From: Flavobacteriales bacterium | Lineage (GTDB): Bacteria > Bacteroidota > Bacteroidia > Flavobacteriales > UBA7312 | Assembly: GCA_016779935.1 (NCBI GenBank) | Contig: JADHMQ010000001.1 | Coordinates: 128,369 to 192,368, forward strand | Length of the DNA stretch: 64,000 bases | Direction: 5' to 3' | In this document: one piece after another, positions 47,226 to 57,100 of the stretch | Position numbering within the stretch: position 1 is the first letter of the stretch | How the letters are laid out: every line of letters begins with the position of its first letter | Translations under genes and position numbers: made by a program | The notes under the pieces: model-generated | What the model was told of the DNA's origin: nothing | The model's input: only the letters and a program-made list of their open reading frames with translations | Database searches by the model: none

Positions 47226-48323
47226 ATGGCATTGAAATGTGGAATTGTAGGATTACCTAATGTTGGAAAGTCAACCCTGTTTAATTGTTTGTCTAATGCT
47301 AAGGCACAATCGGCTAATTTCCCCTTTTGTACTATAGAACCAAATGTAGGAGTGATTACCGTTCCTGATGATAGACTTACTCATTTAGAAAATTTGGTGA
47401 AGCCACAACGAGTAATGCCCACTACAGTGGAAATTGTGGATATTGCTGGACTGGTAAAAGGTGCTAGTAAAGGTGAGGGTTTGGGAAATAAATTCTTAGC
47501 TAATATTAGAGAAACAGATGCCATTATTCACGTTTTACGATGCTTTGAAAATGATAATATCGTTCATGTAGACGGTTCAGTTGACCCTATTAGAGATAAA
47601 GAAACCATTGATATTGAATTGCAATTGAAGGATTTAGAGGCTGTTGAAAAGAAACTTCAGAAGTATGAAAAACTGTCGAGAACGGGTGACAAAAACGCTA
47701 ATGTTGTGGTTGATGTGCTGAAAAAGTATGTGAAGCATTTAGAGCAGGGTAAATCAGTAAGAAGTATTGAATTAGAGGAGAAAGAGAAAGAACATATTTC
47801 AGATTTAATGCTATTGACTGATAAGCCTATCATGTACGTCTGTAATGTTGATGAAGCGTCTATCAAAAATGGCAATGCCTATGTTGATAAAGTTAAGGAG
47901 ATAGTAAAAAATGAAAATGCTGCCGTATTAATGATTGCAGCCTCTACTGAGGCAGATATTGCCGAACTGGAAAGCTACGAAGAAAGGCAAATGTTTTTAG
48001 AAGATATGGGACTAGATGAGCCAGGTGTTAGTAAACTAATCCGTTCGGCCTATGAGTTACTAGACTTGTCAACCTATTTTACGGCAGGAGAAAAAGAAGT
48101 AAGAGCTTGGACTATTAAGGACGGTATGAAGGCACCACAAGCCGCTGGCGTTATTCATACTGACTTTGAAAAAGGATTTATTAGAGCGGAAGTTATCAAG
48201 TATGCCGACTTTTTAGAGCTTGGCTCTGAATTAGCATGTAAAGAAAATGGTAAGATGTCCGTTGAAGGGAAAGACTATGTAGTTTCTGACGGAGACATTA
48301 TGCACTTCAGATTCAATACCTGA
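47226..48323 (+). CDS. ychF: Redox-regulated ATPase YchF
   Basis: 'CGIVGLPNVGKSTLFN', 'DIAGLV.GAS.GEGLGN.FL' and the C-terminal 'TDFEKGFIRAEV' TGS domain. Confidence 0.95.
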   Translation: MALKCGIVGLPNVGKSTLFNCLSNAKAQSANFPFCTIEPNVGVITVPDDRLTHLENLVKPQRVMPTTVEIVDIAGLVKGASKGEGLGNKFLANIRETDAIIHVLRCFENDNIVHVDGSVDPIRDKETIDIELQLKDLEAVEKKLQKYEKLSRTGDKNANVVVDVLKKYVKHLEQGKSVRSIELEEKEKEHISDLMLLTDKPIMYVCNVDEASIKNGNAYVDKVKEIVKNENAAVLMIAASTEADIAELESYEERQMFLEDMGLDEPGVSKLIRSAYELLDLSTYFTAGEKEVRAWTIKDGMKAPQAAGVIHTDFEKGFIRAEVIKYADFLELGSELACKENGKMSVEGKDYVVSDGDIMHFRFNT

Positions 48324-48359
48324 TAGAGTCATTGCCATCCTAATTGTTATATTTGTTTT

Positions 48360-49517
48360 ATGAATTACATTCTATTTGATGATAATAGGCAACATTTATT
48401 GCCTTTGACATATACTCGACCAGTTGCTGAAATTCGTATAGGAATTCTCACGATTTCAGAAAAATGGCAAATTGCATTATCGTCAACAGTATCCCATTCA
48501 ACCGAGGAGTATTTAAGCACTAAGTTTCCTTTGTCAATTAGTGATGATAATACATGGATAAATGGTAGTATTTGTCCAAATGAAAGCTTACTTAAAGCGA
48601 TACATTCTTTAAAAAGTAATCAATCCTTAAAAAAGGATGATTTAATTCTAGCATATAGGTCAACAGACAACACTATTCCTCAAAACAATATTGATTATAA
48701 AGAAGATATTTTTCAATTAAGTAGATTGTGGCAAATATTCCAGTTTAATGCTGCTTGTATACATTCTGATTTTGAAATGCTAACAAAAGGAAGACAATCG
48801 CAAGCTATTAGTTCAACCAATTCTACAATATGTCCGGAAAAAATATTTATTGAAGAAGGTGCAGTAGTTGAACACGCTGTATTAAATGCTTCATCAGGCC
48901 CAATATATATTGGTAAAGAAGCTGAAATAATGGAGGGCAGTTTAGTTCGAGGACCTTTGGCAATGTGTGAACATTCTGTACTGAAAATGGGTGCAAAAAT
49001 TTATGGCGCTACAACCTTAGGCCCTTATTGTAAAGTAGGAGGTGAGGTCAATAATTCTGTTCTTCTAGGTTATTCCAATAAAGGACATGACGGCTTCTTA
49101 GGTAATTCAGTAATAGGTGAGTGGTGCAACCTTGGAGCCGATACCAACAACTCTAACCTCAAGAATAATTATGCTGAGGTAAAACTATGGAACTATTCCA
49201 TCAACAGATTTGAAAATTCCGGTCTTCAATTTTGTGGTTTAATTATGGGTGACCATTCTAAATGTGGAATAAATACCATGTTTAATACAGGGACTGTAAT
49301 TGGTGTAAGTGCTAACATATTCGGAGCAGGTTTCCCTAGAAACTTTGTGCCTTCTTTTTCTTGGGGAGGATCTTCTGGTTACTCTACCTATCAATTAAGA
49401 AAAGTATACGACGTTGCTGAAAAAGTTATGGAGAGGCGATCAAAAGTATTCGATGAGGTTGAAAAAGACATAATTGATTCCGTATTTGAACTGACAAAGT
49501 CGTACCGAAAAGACTAG
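48360..49517 (+). CDS. GlmU-family / putative sugar nucleotidyltransferase with a left-handed beta-helix domain
   Basis: 'ILFDD.....L.PLT.TRPV.E.R.GI.T' N-terminus and hexapeptide repeats in the C-terminal half. Confidence 0.7.
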   Translation: MNYILFDDNRQHLLPLTYTRPVAEIRIGILTISEKWQIALSSTVSHSTEEYLSTKFPLSISDDNTWINGSICPNESLLKAIHSLKSNQSLKKDDLILAYRSTDNTIPQNNIDYKEDIFQLSRLWQIFQFNAACIHSDFEMLTKGRQSQAISSTNSTICPEKIFIEEGAVVEHAVLNASSGPIYIGKEAEIMEGSLVRGPLAMCEHSVLKMGAKIYGATTLGPYCKVGGEVNNSVLLGYSNKGHDGFLGNSVIGEWCNLGADTNNSNLKNNYAEVKLWNYSINRFENSGLQFCGLIMGDHSKCGINTMFNTGTVIGVSANIFGAGFPRNFVPSFSWGGSSGYSTYQLRKVYDVAEKVMERRSKVFDEVEKDIIDSVFELTKSYRKD

Positions 49518-49548
49518 TATTGTCATACTATTACGCCAAAACCATTTG

Positions 49549-49564
49549 TGGCACGTTTCTTGCA
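49549..49564 (+). promoter_or_regulatory. Sigma-54 (RpoN) -24/-12 promoter element upstream of lon
   Basis: TGGCAC-GTTTC-TTGCA is a perfect match to TGGCAC-N5-TTGCW. It lies 72 nt before the lon ATG. Confidence 0.55.
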
Positions 49565-49635
49565 ACAGTTACCAATGAATATATACAACAAATAATCTGT
49601 CATATTGGCACAACATTTTTCAATGAAAAAAAAAT

Positions 49636-52032
49636 ATGTTTTTAGATTCTTATGTAGCAACTAACTTTGAAGACGAATCGGATTTTTTTCCTCTTCTTAG
49701 CAGTGTAGATGAAGACAAAATTAATAAAGAACAAATTCCTGATGTTTTACCTATTCTACCTTTAAGAAATACCGTCTTATTTCCTGGAGTAATCATTCCA
49801 ATCACAGTAGGGAGAGATAAGTCTGTAAAGCTCATAAAAGATGCCAATAAAGGGACTAAAACTATTGGTGTTGTTTCACAAAAAAATCGAGATATAGAAA
49901 ACCCTTCTTTCAACGATTTAAATAAAGTTGGAACAGTAGCTCACATTATGAAAATGTTGAGAATGCCTGATGGTAATGTTACTGTTATTATTCAGGGTAG
50001 AAAATTAATGCAAGTCAATGAGTTTGTTCAGCAAGAACCATATATCAAATCTACTGTTCAAGAACTGACGGAAAATAAGCCAGCCAAAGACGATGAACAA
50101 TTTGTTGCTTTGGTAGATTCTATTAAAGATATTGCTTTGCAGATAGTAAAAGAATCGCCAAATATCCCTTCAGAAGCTCAATTGGCTATTCAAAATATTG
50201 AATCACCTTCCTATCTAGTTAATTTTGTTTGTTCCAATATGGATGTTGGCGTTGATAAAAAGCAAGAACTCTTAGAAGTTTTTGATTTGAAATTACGTTC
50301 TGAAAATACGCTTGAAATCATTAGTAAAGAGTTGCAACGCCTAGAGATGAAGAATGAAATTCAGCATAAGGTAAAGCACGATTTAGACCAGCAGCAAAGA
50401 GAATATTTCTTAAACCAACAGCTAAAGGCCATTCAAGAAGAATTAGGTGGCTCTGCAGACCAAGAAATTGAAGAGATGAGGTCTAGATCCAAAAATAAAA
50501 AATGGGCTAAAGAAATTTCTGAAAATTTTGAAAAAGAATTGAAGAAATTACAGCGTATGAACCCGGCCATGGCTGACTATTCTGTTCAACGTGCATATTT
50601 AGAATTGGTGTTGGATTTACCTTGGGGTGAATACACAAAAGATAAGTTTGACTTAAAACGTGCCAAAAAGATTTTAGACAGAGATCATTTTGGTCTTGAA
50701 AAAGTAAAGGAACGTATTCTTGAACATCTTGCAGTACTTAAGATAAAAGGAGATATGAAAGCACCTATCCTATGTCTATATGGACCTCCTGGAGTTGGTA
50801 AAACTTCTTTGGGTAAAACCATTGCAGAGGCTTTAGGAAGAAAATACGAGCGTGTTTCTTTAGGTGGGCTTAGAGATGAATCTGAAATTAGAGGTCACAG
50901 AAAGACCTACATTGGAGCTATGCCAGGTCGTATTATCAAATCGATTAAGAAAGCAAATTCCTCTAACCCTGTCTTTGTTCTAGATGAAATTGATAAGGTT
51001 AGTCGAGATTCACATGCAGACCCTTCTTCAGCCATGCTCGAAGTACTTGACCCTGAACAGAATAACTCCTTTCACGATAATTATTTAGAAATGGGTTACG
51101 ATTTATCTAAAGTGATGTTTGTAGCTACGGCGAACTCTCTAAACACTATTCAGCCGGCTTTAAGGGATAGGATGGAAATTATCGAAATTACGGGATACAC
51201 TCTTGAAGAAAAGGTTCAAATTGCAAAAAAGCATTTATTACCAAAACAGCTGAAAGAACACGGTTTAAGCAGTAAAGACCTTAATTTATCCACTAAAGTA
51301 TTACGTGCGTTAGTTGAGGGTTACACTAGAGAGTCAGGAGTAAGAGGATTGGACAAAATGGTAGCGAAATTAGTGCGTTATGTTGCCAAATCCATTGCTA
51401 TGGAAGAAGAGTACAAAATTGTTGTTGAGCCAATAGATTTGAAATCCATTATTGGTGCACCAACATTTGATAAATCAAAACAGCTCAATAATGATATTCC
51501 TGGAGTAGTTACAGGTCTTGCCTGGACACCTGTAGGAGGCGATATACTCTTTATTGAATGCAGTAAGAGTCCTGGTAAAGGAAATTTAACAATTACCGGT
51601 AATCTCGGAAAAGTAATGAAAGAATCATCAACCATTGCTATGCATTACATTAAGTCCCATGCCAAACAATTTGGGATAAAAAAAGAAGACTTAGATACTT
51701 ATGACATACATATCCACGTTCCTGAAGGTGCTACTCCTAAAGATGGACCTTCAGCTGGTGTAACTATGTTGACAGCATTGGTTTCATTATTTACCAATAA
51801 AAAAGTCAAAGCAAAAATTGCAATGACTGGTGAAATAACTTTGAGAGGTAAGGTATTACCAGTAGGTGGTATCAAAGAAAAGATACTTGCAGCAAAACGT
51901 GCTGGTATCAAAGAAATTATTCTTTGCGAACAAAATTTAAAAGATATCGAAGAGATAAACGAACACTATTTAAAAGGCTTGAAATTTCACTATGTTTCAA
52001 AAATGAATGATGTGATAAACATAGCTTTGTAG
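49636..52032 (+). CDS. lon: ATP-dependent Lon protease (endopeptidase La)
   Basis: LON N-domain 'LPILPLRNTVLFPG', Walker A 'GPPGVGKTS' and the catalytic 'PKDGPSAG' and 'GGIKEK' motifs. Confidence 0.95.
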   Translation: MFLDSYVATNFEDESDFFPLLSSVDEDKINKEQIPDVLPILPLRNTVLFPGVIIPITVGRDKSVKLIKDANKGTKTIGVVSQKNRDIENPSFNDLNKVGTVAHIMKMLRMPDGNVTVIIQGRKLMQVNEFVQQEPYIKSTVQELTENKPAKDDEQFVALVDSIKDIALQIVKESPNIPSEAQLAIQNIESPSYLVNFVCSNMDVGVDKKQELLEVFDLKLRSENTLEIISKELQRLEMKNEIQHKVKHDLDQQQREYFLNQQLKAIQEELGGSADQEIEEMRSRSKNKKWAKEISENFEKELKKLQRMNPAMADYSVQRAYLELVLDLPWGEYTKDKFDLKRAKKILDRDHFGLEKVKERILEHLAVLKIKGDMKAPILCLYGPPGVGKTSLGKTIAEALGRKYERVSLGGLRDESEIRGHRKTYIGAMPGRIIKSIKKANSSNPVFVLDEIDKVSRDSHADPSSAMLEVLDPEQNNSFHDNYLEMGYDLSKVMFVATANSLNTIQPALRDRMEIIEITGYTLEEKVQIAKKHLLPKQLKEHGLSSKDLNLSTKVLRALVEGYTRESGVRGLDKMVAKLVRYVAKSIAMEEEYKIVVEPIDLKSIIGAPTFDKSKQLNNDIPGVVTGLAWTPVGGDILFIECSKSPGKGNLTITGNLGKVMKESSTIAMHYIKSHAKQFGIKKEDLDTYDIHIHVPEGATPKDGPSAGVTMLTALVSLFTNKKVKAKIAMTGEITLRGKVLPVGGIKEKILAAKRAGIKEIILCEQNLKDIEEINEHYLKGLKFHYVSKMNDVINIAL

Positions 52033-52078
52033 TAGAACAAAATTTTTATACATTTGCTAACCAAAATAAATTAAAATT

Positions 52079-52735
52079 ATGAAAAAAAATCTTTTGCTTA
52101 CTTCAGCGCTATTTATAGCTTTTGCTTCTTTTTCACAAGATGCATTAGTAAAGATTAGCCCTTTCCATTTTGTTGATGGAACATTTCACACGACTTATGA
52201 GCGTGCTTTATCAAATAACAATTCTTTTGCTTTGTCAGGAGGTTACAACCTTACTGAAAATGGTGATGAATACGGATGGATGGGTGAACTCCAATTGAGA
52301 AAATATGTTTTTAAACCAGCTATAAACAGTTCTAGTGATTCACCTCTTTCAGGTATTTATGCAGGACTTTACGGAAACGGTAAGTACTTTGTGCAGCAAT
52401 ACGATCGTTACGTTTCTTCATGGGTAGTTGAGCCATATTATGAGTCAAATTACGATAGTAATGGAGACTACATAGGTTCTACTTATCATCCTGGTTCAGG
52501 GTATTCTAGCGATAGAAAAATCGATGAGTATGAGGTAAAACAGATTGAAGGTGGTGTCGTTATGGGTTTCCAATTAATTTTTGCTAAAAATCTTTCTCTT
52601 GATTTATTCGTTGGGGGTGGCTTACGTTCTTCTGTAATTGAAAATAAACCAGAAGGAATTGAGTTTTATGCACCAGAAAGAGGGTATACAGGTATAGTTC
52701 CAAAAATTGGATTTGATATAGGTATCTCATTCTAA
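52079..52735 (+). CDS. Outer-membrane beta-barrel protein (hypothetical)
   Basis: Signal peptide 'FIAFASFSQ', alternating aromatic and Gly-rich strands, and a terminal 'GISF'. Confidence 0.55.
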   Translation: MKKNLLLTSALFIAFASFSQDALVKISPFHFVDGTFHTTYERALSNNNSFALSGGYNLTENGDEYGWMGELQLRKYVFKPAINSSSDSPLSGIYAGLYGNGKYFVQQYDRYVSSWVVEPYYESNYDSNGDYIGSTYHPGSGYSSDRKIDEYEVKQIEGGVVMGFQLIFAKNLSLDLFVGGGLRSSVIENKPEGIEFYAPERGYTGIVPKIGFDIGISF

Positions 52736-52762
52736 ATTAGTTATAATCTTCAACATCAAAAG

Positions 52763-52790
52763 AAAAGCACGGATTATCCGTGCTTTTTTT
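52763..52790 (+). terminator. Rho-independent terminator
   Basis: AAAA-GCACGGA-TTA-TCCGTGC-TTTTTTT is a perfect 7-bp stem followed by T7. Confidence 0.8.
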
Positions 52791-52845
52791 ATATAATAAG
52801 TTCAAAAAGGTTCGTTATATCTAATAACATTTGTTTCTTTGTGTA

Positions 52846-53880
52846 ATGAGAATTTTGGCTCTTTTTGTATGTGTGTTTTTGCTTAATGTTTCTACATTAG
52901 CTCAGTACGAAAATAACGCTTTCCAATCACTAGATTTATCATTGTCATCTAGACAAGCAGTACTCAATCAGCCTTTATCTATTTATGATGGAGATATAGA
53001 GAACGGTATAAACAATCCATCTATGCTGAATGACGGGATGTACAATAAATTATCCTTGAATTTTGTCGATTACTTTTCAGACATAAATTTTATTTCTGCC
53101 TCATACGCATTTCCTTTAAAACAATTCGGAACAATTGGTGTTTCAGTAAAGTCCTTGGGTTACGGAGAATTTACTCAGACAGATTATACGTCTCAAAACC
53201 TGGGAACATTTAACGCAAGCGAACAAATAGTTTCATTTGGAATTAGCAAAAGAGTTTCTGAAAAATGGGTTTTAGGTGCCAACTTAAAGACATTATTCTC
53301 AACTTTTGAAACTTACCAATCTTCTGCAATAGCTTCTGATTTAGCCTTAGCTTATACAGATGTAAAAAAGAATCTTTTCATGTCTTTAATAGCTAAAAAT
53401 TATGGAAGACAATTGAGTACGTATTCAAGTTTAAAAGAAGAACTACCATTTCATCTTGATTTTGGTATGTCCAAACAATTAGAACATCTTCCGTTTCGCT
53501 TCTCTCTTGGCTATAAAAATATTGAACGTTGGGACTTAACTAATTCTTACGAAGAAAGTTCAAATGTCAGTGAAACTGCTTCTGAGAAAGGTTTTGGCGC
53601 TAAATTATTCAGACATGTTGACTTAGGTGGTGAATTGAGTATTGGAAAACGTATTCAATTACGAATGGGATATAATCCAAGGAGAAGGCAAGAGCTTAAA
53701 GTAAATTCTTATTTAGGTATGGTTGGTTTTTCATGGGGTGTAGGTATAAAATTATCACATTTTACAATAAATTACGGAAGATCAACATATCACTTGCACG
53801 GCTCACCAAATTACTTTTCCTTTATAACCGATTTTTCCAAGTTCTATAAAAAAGATGAAAAAAATAAACATAGCAATTGA
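52846..53880 (+). CDS. porQ: Type IX secretion system protein PorQ (PorP/SprF-like beta-barrel)
   Basis: Signal peptide, beta-barrel-like sequence and conserved Bacteroidota synteny directly upstream of (and overlapping) cmk. Family assignment is from memory. Confidence 0.55.
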   Translation: MRILALFVCVFLLNVSTLAQYENNAFQSLDLSLSSRQAVLNQPLSIYDGDIENGINNPSMLNDGMYNKLSLNFVDYFSDINFISASYAFPLKQFGTIGVSVKSLGYGEFTQTDYTSQNLGTFNASEQIVSFGISKRVSEKWVLGANLKTLFSTFETYQSSAIASDLALAYTDVKKNLFMSLIAKNYGRQLSTYSSLKEELPFHLDFGMSKQLEHLPFRFSLGYKNIERWDLTNSYEESSNVSETASEKGFGAKLFRHVDLGGELSIGKRIQLRMGYNPRRRQELKVNSYLGMVGFSWGVGIKLSHFTINYGRSTYHLHGSPNYFSFITDFSKFYKKDEKNKHSN

Positions 53881-54532
53881 CGGACATTCCTCTTGTGGTA
53901 AGAGTACTATTGCCAAACAACTCTCCAATCACTTAGGTTACATATACATTGATACAGGAGCTATGTATAGAGCGATTTGTTTGTATGCTCTACGAAATAA
54001 TATTATTGGTGATGGCATTATTAATGAAGAACTTTTATTGGAAAAGCTAGACGATGTTAGCGTCTCTTTTGAATACGATAAAGTAAATAACCTATGCCAA
54101 ACCTATTTAGATGGTCAAAATGTAGAAAGTGAGATTCGTGGCTTATGGGTTTCTGAAAACGTTAGTAAAATCAGTAAAATAAAGGCTGTAAGGCAAAAGA
54201 TGATTTCAATTCAAAGAGAAATTGGACGAAACAAAGGCGTAGTAATGGACGGAAGAGATATCGGTTCTGTAGTATTTCCTAAAGCTGAATTAAAGCTATT
54301 TATAACTGCTTCAGCAGAAGAACGTGCCAGAAGACGGTCATTGGAGTTAAAAGGTGTTAGTTTTGAGGATGTGCTCATGAATTTGAAAGAACGTGATGAG
54401 GATGATAGTACTAGAAAAGAAAATCCACTCATAATTTCTGAAAATGCTATTGTTATTGACAATACCAATATGACCAAAGAGGAACAGTTTGAAAAAGTTC
54501 TAGAATCTTATGAAAAGGCTATTTTGAACTAA
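53855..54532 (+). CDS. cmk: (d)CMP kinase
   Basis: 'IAIDGHSSCGKST', 'YIDTGAMYR' and 'GRDIGSVVFP'. Confidence 0.95.
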   Translation: MKKINIAIDGHSSCGKSTIAKQLSNHLGYIYIDTGAMYRAICLYALRNNIIGDGIINEELLLEKLDDVSVSFEYDKVNNLCQTYLDGQNVESEIRGLWVSENVSKISKIKAVRQKMISIQREIGRNKGVVMDGRDIGSVVFPKAELKLFITASAEERARRRSLELKGVSFEDVLMNLKERDEDDSTRKENPLIISENAIVIDNTNMTKEEQFEKVLESYEKAILN

Positions 54533-55745
54533 AATCGTTCAATACTTCCTCAATAGGGTTTGCATCATCAAAAAACGTTAATAGTTTATTAAGGACTTTA
54601 TCCACTTCTGAATCAGGGCAGGATGCACCTGAGGTTAAAATAATTTTTACATTCTTTTTATTAGGTAAAAAGTTAGTCGTTTCAATGATTTCTTTATTAT
54701 CGTATTTGAAATGTCTAATGGTATCTTTTGATAATATTTCTTTGTATGATTTAATGAAGAATGTTGGAAGTTTATGTTCACACAACTCAACCAGGTGAGA
54801 GGTGTTAGAACTATTATATCCACCAACAACAATAGCAATATCTGCTGGTACATTTAGAAGTCCGTAAGTTGCTTTCTGATTTTCATTAGTAGCATAGCAA
54901 AGAGTATCTCTAGTATCAGCAAAATAGTCTTTATAATTTTCTTCACCGTGTTTATTGATGATGAAATCTTTCAAAAAATTAGAAATTTCTTCCGTTTCAC
55001 TAGCCAGCATGGTAGTTTGGTTGACAACACCAATTTTTTGCAAGTCCCTTTGTAAATCAAAACCTTCAGAGTACTTATCTTTAAAGACGGTATAAAACTC
55101 CTCTTCAGGAAGTTTACCTTCAATAAATTCAACTAATTGTTTCGCTTCGTTCAAATCCTTAATGATTAGAGACGGAGCGTTTTGCATTGAATGTGAAAAA
55201 GTTGCTTTCGTTTCTTCATGCCTGTGTTTACCATGAATAATAATCGAATAATCATTTGTACCTATACTACTGGCTTTTTTCCATACTCTAGTTACAAAGG
55301 GGCAGGTGGTGTCGTATTTTTCGAGCTTAATATTTTTTTCTTCAAGCAATTGTTTGATTTCAATTGTGGTTCCAAATGCAGGCGTAATTACAACATCATC
55401 AGAATTAATTTCGTCCCAGTCTATTAGTTGATTTCCTTCAGTGTCCATTATAAATCGCAAGCCTCTGGAAATCAAATCCTCATTTACAATGGGGTTGTGA
55501 ATCATCTGACTCAACAGGTAAATGTTTTTATCTGGATTTTCCTCAATAGCTTTATACGATATTTCAATTGCATTTTCAACGCCATAGCAAAAGCCAAAGT
55601 GTCTTGCAAGGTGAAATTTTACCGATCCAAAATCGACAATAGAAGGTGTGAAATCTTTCTTTTTAGGGTCAAGATTTCGTCGTTTTTCTTTAATTGAAGC
55701 AATTATAGAAGAACGGTAAAATTCTGGTACATCGAATTTTTTCAT
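54519..55745 (-). CDS. ispH: 4-hydroxy-3-methylbut-2-enyl diphosphate reductase (long form)
   Basis: 'GFCYGVE.AI', 'TCPFV..VW', 'GK..HEE' and 'VVGG.NSSNT..L' LytB motifs. Confidence 0.85.
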   Translation of the reverse strand: MKKFDVPEFYRSSIIASIKEKRRNLDPKKKDFTPSIVDFGSVKFHLARHFGFCYGVENAIEISYKAIEENPDKNIYLLSQMIHNPIVNEDLISRGLRFIMDTEGNQLIDWDEINSDDVVITPAFGTTIEIKQLLEEKNIKLEKYDTTCPFVTRVWKKASSIGTNDYSIIIHGKHRHEETKATFSHSMQNAPSLIIKDLNEAKQLVEFIEGKLPEEEFYTVFKDKYSEGFDLQRDLQKIGVVNQTTMLASETEEISNFLKDFIINKHGEENYKDYFADTRDTLCYATNENQKATYGLLNVPADIAIVVGGYNSSNTSHLVELCEHKLPTFFIKSYKEILSKDTIRHFKYDNKEIIETTNFLPNKKNVKIILTSGASCPDSEVDKVLNKLLTFFDDANPIEEVLNDFSSK

Positions 55746-55805
55746 TTTGAGTAAAAACTAATGAATTAGTTAATTAAGCTCAACAAAAATAGGTAATTTT
55801 GATAT

Positions 55806-56438
55806 ATGAAAAGTATTAAAAATATCAGAACCGATTACGTCAAAAATGAGTTGAATTTTGACGATTTGACTACCCATCCTTTTGAACTTTTTAAATTATG
55901 GATGACTGATGCTCTTAAACAGGTTTCTGAACCAAATGCTTTTGTTTTTTCGACAGTAAATCCTGAAGGTAGGCCTAGTTCAAGAGTGCTTTTATTAAGG
56001 GATTTAGATGATAAAGGATTCAACTTTTTTACTAACTACAATAGTCAGAAATCACAAGATATTGAAAGTAATCCTTTTGTTTGTATGAACTTCTTTTGGT
56101 ATGAATCAGAAAGACAAGTAAGAGTTAGTGGGCGTATTGAAAAGTTGCCAGTTGAGGCTTCTGATGACTACTTTCAAAGCCGTCCTTATGATAGTAAAAT
56201 TGGTGCTTGGTCATCTCCTCAAAGCTCTGTAATCGAGTCAAGAGAGATTTTAGTTAAAAATGTAAAAGATTTCTCTTCTCAATACTCTGATGATGTACCT
56301 CGCCCTCCTCATTGGGGTGGATACTGTATTGTTCCTGATAAAATTGAATTTTGGCAAGGTAGGTCTAGCCGTTTGCACGATAGATTTGTATACAGTCTTG
56401 AGGGTGAAGAATGGAAAATAGAACGGTTAGCTCCTTAA
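55806..56438 (+). CDS. pdxH: Pyridoxamine 5'-phosphate oxidase
   Basis: 'P..F..W', 'RPSSRVLLLRDLDDKGFNFFTNY.S.K' and 'WGGY...P..IEFWQGR.SRLHDR'. Confidence 0.95.
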   Translation: MKSIKNIRTDYVKNELNFDDLTTHPFELFKLWMTDALKQVSEPNAFVFSTVNPEGRPSSRVLLLRDLDDKGFNFFTNYNSQKSQDIESNPFVCMNFFWYESERQVRVSGRIEKLPVEASDDYFQSRPYDSKIGAWSSPQSSVIESREILVKNVKDFSSQYSDDVPRPPHWGGYCIVPDKIEFWQGRSSRLHDRFVYSLEGEEWKIERLAP

Positions 56439-57100
56439 TCGATTTCTTATAAAATCTTTTTCTACAATTTCAGATTGGTCAATACTATAACGCAACCAGT
56501 TGAGAAGAATATGGTCTTTTTCTTCTTCATTTAGTTTCCAGTCAATTGTTTTTTGTTCTAATTTCATTCGCATTTGATATAGGTAAATGGCTGCCGATAC
56601 GGATAAATTAAAGCTTTCAGTAAAGCCATACATGGGAGTGGTAATGCATTCATCGGCTGATTCCAGTACAGTATTGCTTAGTCCATCAACTTCGGCACCA
56701 AAAAATAGGGCTGTTTTACCTTCTGATAAATCAAACTTTTCAATTGGTTTTTTAGTGCTATCTGGACAGGCGGCTACAATTCTATAGCCTTATTTTTTAA
56801 GCAATGCAATACATTCTTCTGTGTTATTTTTTTCTTATTGTACCGATTAATGCTTAACCAGTTTGACGCTCCCATACCTACTTCTGTATCCGGCGAGAAT
56901 TCGTTGTAATTTTCAATAACATGTACATCTTGAATGCCAAAGCAATCGCAAGATCGCAATACTGCACTAGCATTTAACGGTTGGTAAATATTTTCTAGAA
57001 CTACCGTTATGTATTTAGTTCTCTTTTCTAAGTTTGAAAGAAACAGCTCTTTTCTTCTGTCAGTAACAAGATTTAATAAATGATGTGTTAAGGCTTTCAT
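56427..57100 (-). pseudogene. trmH: tRNA (Gm18) 2'-O-methyltransferase (SpoU/TrmH family) disrupted by a homopolymer frameshift and an in-frame TAA
   Basis: The N-terminal frame (57100 to about 56830) has 'VVLENIYQPLNASAVLRSCDCFGIQ'. After the A7 run (56827-56833) the protein continues in another frame as 'NNTEECIALLKK*GYRIVAACPDS...LFFGAEVDGLS...PMYGFTESFNLSVSAAI', with the TAA at 56790-56792. Confidence 0.75.

Noticed and set aside
48348-48355. TATATTTG -7 box as the promoter for the GlmU-like gene, and the similar TAATTTTG at 55794-55801 before pdxH
   Set aside because: Both lie only 4 nt before the annotated ATG, so they would imply leaderless transcripts or mis-set starts. There is no -33 TTG at proper spacing, so the evidence is too weak to call.
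49606-49621. Second TGGCAC motif upstream of lon, as another sigma-54 promoter
   Set aside because: The -12 position reads TTTTC instead of TTGC(A/T). The essential GC dinucleotide is missing.
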